IMG/VR virus record: IMGVR_UViG_3300045988_152054
DNA length: 47,606 nucleotides
Source: a virus
Direction: 5' to 3' (one strand)
The notes beneath the pieces were generated by a model. It did no database searches and was not told the origin of the DNA. It saw only the letters and a program-made list of their open reading frames with translations. Below are positions 44,385 to 47,606 of the stretch, piece after piece. The first letter of the stretch is position 1. Every line of letters begins with the position of its first letter. The translations under genes and the position numbers were made by a program.

Positions 44385-45121
44385 TATTGTTGGCCTCCTT
44401 TTCTATTTAATTTATTTTTAAATTCATTAAAAAAAGAACATTTAGTATGTTCTTCCGGTTCTTTACTCTTATTTTCTTCGCTATTATTAATTTCTGTATT
44501 TAAATCATCTTCTTTTTTAGCATTTAAAATAAGTTTCATTAATGATTTTTTAACTGACTGACTAACTTCTTCGGCCTCTTTTTCATTTACTATAGCCGTG
44601 ATAAATCCTTTTTCTATAGCTTCCTGTGGAGTTATCCAAGTTTCATCATCAAGCATTTGCTTTAATTCATCTTCTGTTATATTTATTTCTTGCATATAAG
44701 CATTGACACTAGCTTGAGTAATTTTATCTAAATCATCAGCTTGTTTTCTTAACTCTTTAGAGTTTCCTTTTACTCTCGTCCATGCATTATGTATCATAAG
44801 TAGTGATGCCGTAGACATTATTCTTTCATCTCCAGCCATGAAAACTACACTGGCGGCACTACATGCAAAACCATCGCATACAGTTTTCACTTTTGCTTTA
44901 TGTCTTTTAAGTTGGTTATATATAGCTAAACCTTCCGCCACCTCTCCGCCATATGAATTTATGTATACATTTATTTGGTCACACTCTAACTCTTCTATTT
45001 GCTTAGATAGTGTATAGCTTGATACATCACTTTCAAGCCATTCCCAAGATGTTATGTCACCATATATTTGTATATCAACTTCATTATTATTTTGAGTTAG
45101 TTGGAAATATTTTTTATTCAT
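44384..45121 (-). CDS. ClpP-like prohead maturation protease
   Basis: ..INSYGGEVAEGLAIYNQL..CDGFACSAASVVFMAGD..LLMIHNAW.. I take the ATG at 45121, after GGAGGAGGTG. Confidence 0.85.
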   Translation of the reverse strand: MNKKYFQLTQNNNEVDIQIYGDITSWEWLESDVSSYTLSKQIEELECDQINVYINSYGGEVAEGLAIYNQLKRHKAKVKTVCDGFACSAASVVFMAGDERIMSTASLLMIHNAWTRVKGNSKELRKQADDLDKITQASVNAYMQEINITEDELKQMLDDETWITPQEAIEKGFITAIVNEKEAEEVSQSVKKSLMKLILNAKKEDDLNTEINNSEENKSKEPEEHTKCSFFNEFKNKLNRKGGQQ

Positions 45122-46295
45122 CTTCTTCACCTCCTCCATTATTATTTTGTCCATCACCTATTAATCTGTTTTCCACTGTATCATAGTTTTTAGTTATAAA
45201 GTGTTGTTGACTAAATTTAGTGTTAAGCCTATCAAATCCTATTATTTCTCTAACTTCATCTATACAGCACGTACCAGATGCAATTAATTTGTCTGCTTTT
45301 TCAGCAACATCTAATATATCTATATGATTAATAGTTGATGTATCTACTTTTACATAATTTCCTTTCGTCCAATTATCATATCCTCCTGAAGTTTTCCTTG
45401 TAGTTTCTTCTGAAATCATATCTGCTATTGGATCTATACAAAATGTAAGAAATACTTTTACTATTTCATTCATATTTGTAATGTTTCCTAACATAAGACT
45501 AACTGGTATTTGAAGTGCTTGAGCTACTATTTCAAACATTTCTTTTCTCAATGCCCTAAAATCAGAACTATCCTTATTTGTATTAGTTCCATCCATGTAC
45601 TGCAAATCATACCCTTTGTATTGTGGATATACAGCATTATCATTTTCCATAAATTCTTTAAGTTGTTTTTGTACTATCTCTCTATATGTTTTCTGAAAGT
45701 TTTCATCAGATGCTTTAACTTGGTCTAGAACTAATTTATATTTTGCTCCATTACTCTTTTTATAACTTTTTGCTGCATAAGAAAGTAGTTCTCCATACTG
45801 CTCATATAAATTATCGATTAATTTTTTTATATTAGAATTATTTAATTGCAATCTTAATACTTCGCTACTTTTAAAAGTTTTATTTAGCTGTAAATTTCCT
45901 ATTACAACTCCCTTATATAAGTTTCCTAGTATTGGATATTCTTCCGGAGTATAACTATCAGCGCAATATAAATTATCATTTACATCAACTAATATACATT
46001 CATTTTGATATATCATTTTTTCAATGGCTTTATGCCAAAGTTGACTGCTATTTTCATTTGCATTAGGTGACACATTTAAAATATAATAAAGCTTATTTTT
46101 TACTTCTTGATTATTTTCATATACTTTTATTTCACACTTAGCTATTGCATTCGCTATAAGAGATATAGCTGTTTGTATAGCTAACTCCTTATAATATATT
46201 TCTTGTATCTTTTCCTCTATTATATTTTCGGTTATTTCACCCTTTTCATTTTTAACATTCCCTAAAAAGTCCATAAACCATGTTTTTATACTCAC
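45114..46295 (-). CDS. Portal protein (HK97 family)
   Basis: 393 aa between terL and the protease. Confidence 0.8.
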   Translation of the reverse strand: MSIKTWFMDFLGNVKNEKGEITENIIEEKIQEIYYKELAIQTAISLIANAIAKCEIKVYENNQEVKNKLYYILNVSPNANENSSQLWHKAIEKMIYQNECILVDVNDNLYCADSYTPEEYPILGNLYKGVVIGNLQLNKTFKSSEVLRLQLNNSNIKKLIDNLYEQYGELLSYAAKSYKKSNGAKYKLVLDQVKASDENFQKTYREIVQKQLKEFMENDNAVYPQYKGYDLQYMDGTNTNKDSSDFRALRKEMFEIVAQALQIPVSLMLGNITNMNEIVKVFLTFCIDPIADMISEETTRKTSGGYDNWTKGNYVKVDTSTINHIDILDVAEKADKLIASGTCCIDEVREIIGFDRLNTKFSQQHFITKNYDTVENRLIGDGQNNNGGGEEDE

Positions 46296-46312
46296 AATTT
46301 CCTCACCTCCTT

Positions 46313-47606
46313 TTAGAATATAATAGGAGGCATAAAGAATAATTCATTATTATCTTCATCCTCCAATACATCTTGAGCAGCAATCATAGCATGGACAAAT
46401 GCCATGAATCCATCTGTTTTCCTTGATTTAGGCTCTATCTTATCGTATACATAGTTACCTAAATTCTTATCCGTTAGTTTAGTATTATTAGTAAACCACC
46501 TCATAAGTGGGTTATCTCCCCACACTATTTGGTGATTATTAAATAAACTATCTATTACTGGTACAATTTTCATAATATCACTAGGTCTAATTATTTTTAC
46601 TTGTTCTTTATTTGTTGCATCTATCCCAATGTTCTTCATAGATTTACTTAACAAAGCCAACCTAAAATTATCTACTCCTAATTTAACAAAATTATATTTT
46701 ATTAGCTGTTCTTGTATCCATTCTGTGGCCATATCTGGATTAATTTCTATGTCATCAACTATAGTTAATAATCCTTGCTCTGACCATTCTTCTAAAGGTG
46801 CTTTTATTCTGTCCTTATCTCTAGAATTAGTACAAAACCAGCTATGACTAACCCAATAATATATGCCGCCTTTTAAAAAAAGTAACCCTACACTCATCAT
46901 GTCATTTACCTTTGTATAGTCAATTCCAATAGTGCAGCTTGCTCCCTCAAGGTTTGGTATATCTTTATTTGTCGATAATATATTTTCCCATGAAGTTACT
47001 TCAATATCTTTTGAACCTTTTGGAATATTCATCCTCTTGGTCAGAAAAGCATTATTTACATAAGGATTAATCTTATAATCTGCATATTCTTTTTTCATCT
47101 GTTCCATTAATGAAGGTCTATAAGGTAAAGAAGGGTTTGCTTTTGCCCAGTTATCTGGATTATCAACTTCTTTTTCTTCATCCAGCTTACAAATAAAAGG
47201 GAGAAAGCCATTATCCTCGACTTCTCCCTTTAATATCATTATTGCTTTTTCTAATAAATTATCCAGTGGACCATCCCTTACATCTCCATTTGTTGTTATG
47301 TAAGTTCTTCTTGGATTATCTTTTTTACCTAAACCTGTAGTAAATACATTTATATTTGCCCAGTTTTGATAAGCATGTATTTCATCAAAGTCAACTTTAC
47401 CTGAACGCAAACCATCTTTCCCTTTTGGATTATTAGTTCTAAACTTTATTTTACTTTTAGTCTTAAGATTTATAATTTCTTCCTTATTCCAATAGAAATT
47501 CCTTTTCATTTTTTTTGTATATTTAGGATCTTCTAATATATTATATATATCATTAAATGTTGTTTTAGCTTGGTCTTCTGAGTTAGCTGATATATCTATA
47601 TCGTAA
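46313..47606 (-). CDS. terL: Terminase large subunit, C-terminal (nuclease) part; upstream part is at 1-452 via the circular junction
   Basis: The frame is open to the window end. The overlap joins it in frame to 1-452. Confidence 0.9.
   Translation of the reverse strand, partial: YDIDISANSEDQAKTTFNDIYNILEDPKYTKKMKRNFYWNKEEIINLKTKSKIKFRTNNPKGKDGLRSGKVDFDEIHAYQNWANINVFTTGLGKKDNPRRTYITTNGDVRDGPLDNLLEKAIMILKGEVEDNGFLPFICKLDEEKEVDNPDNWAKANPSLPYRPSLMEQMKKEYADYKINPYVNNAFLTKRMNIPKGSKDIEVTSWENILSTNKDIPNLEGASCTIGIDYTKVNDMMSVGLLFLKGGIYYWVSHSWFCTNSRDKDRIKAPLEEWSEQGLLTIVDDIEINPDMATEWIQEQLIKYNFVKLGVDNFRLALLSKSMKNIGIDATNKEQVKIIRPSDIMKIVPVIDSLFNNHQIVWGDNPLMRWFTNNTKLTDKNLGNYVYDKIEPKSRKTDGFMAFVHAMIAAQDVLEDEDNNELFFMPPIIF
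47508..47606. repeat. 99-bp terminal duplicate of bases 1-99 (assembly circularisation overlap)
   Basis: Exact identity read base by base. Confidence 0.95.

Larger units (their letters stand above)
1..47606. mobile_element. Complete temperate siphovirus-type phage genome (unit 47,507 bp) given as a circularised contig with a 99-bp end overlap
   Basis: Bases 1-99 equal 47508-47606. Full packaging, head, tail, lysis, lysogeny, replication and late-regulation modules are present. Very AT-rich with strong minus-strand gene bias. Confidence 0.9.

Overview
The window is a complete, circularly closed genome of a temperate siphovirus-type phage from an AT-rich, Clostridium-like Firmicute. Bases 1-99 are identical to 47508-47606, so the unit length is 47,507 bp, and the terminase large-subunit gene reads in frame across that junction. 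Almost all genes lie on the minus strand. Read in transcription order (descending coordinates, wrapping the junction) they are: cro-like early operon (12799 down to 2251) with a free-standing HNH homing endonuclease, Rha antirepressor, Rad52/Sak-like annealase, replisome organizer, a sigma-70-family sigma factor, DNA methyltransferase, VRR-NUC nuclease, PAPS-reductase-like protein, a Spo0E-like micro-ORF, ThyX-like and MazG-like proteins and a RinA/ArpU-like late regulator. Next comes a ~540-nt ORF-free, hairpin-rich region ending in an intrinsic terminator. This is followed by the HNH / candidate cos / terS / terL packaging genes, then HK97-type portal, ClpP-like protease and capsid, neck proteins, major tail protein, a G/GT chaperone with an A_AAA_AAG -1 frameshift, and the tape measure. 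The baseplate is very large (Dit with SH3b inserts, a 1514-aa lysin-bearing Tal, a GH16 protein and a 1389-aa GH2 protein). It is followed by the XhlA/holin/amidase lysis cassette. The plus strand carries the cI-like repressor, an XRE+tyrosine-integrase pair and several morons. The observations I rate highest are: (i) a 91-aa stand-alone copy of the NrdD (class III ribonucleotide reductase) glycyl-radical C-terminus; (ii) a scattered set of homologues of host sporulation-network genes (Spo0E-like, a SigF/G-like sigma with a second region 4, AbrB-like, FtsK/SpoIIIE-like); (iii) an FtsK-type translocase plus replication-relaxation operon next to the integrase; (iv) the large non-coding region ahead of the packaging operon; (v) a perfect 20-bp inverted repeat bracketing the XRE-integrase-attP segment; and (vi) two glycoside-hydrolase domains on the baseplate. 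No tRNA, rRNA, CRISPR array or reverse transcriptase was seen. All family assignments come from reading motifs by eye and need profile or structure searches to confirm.
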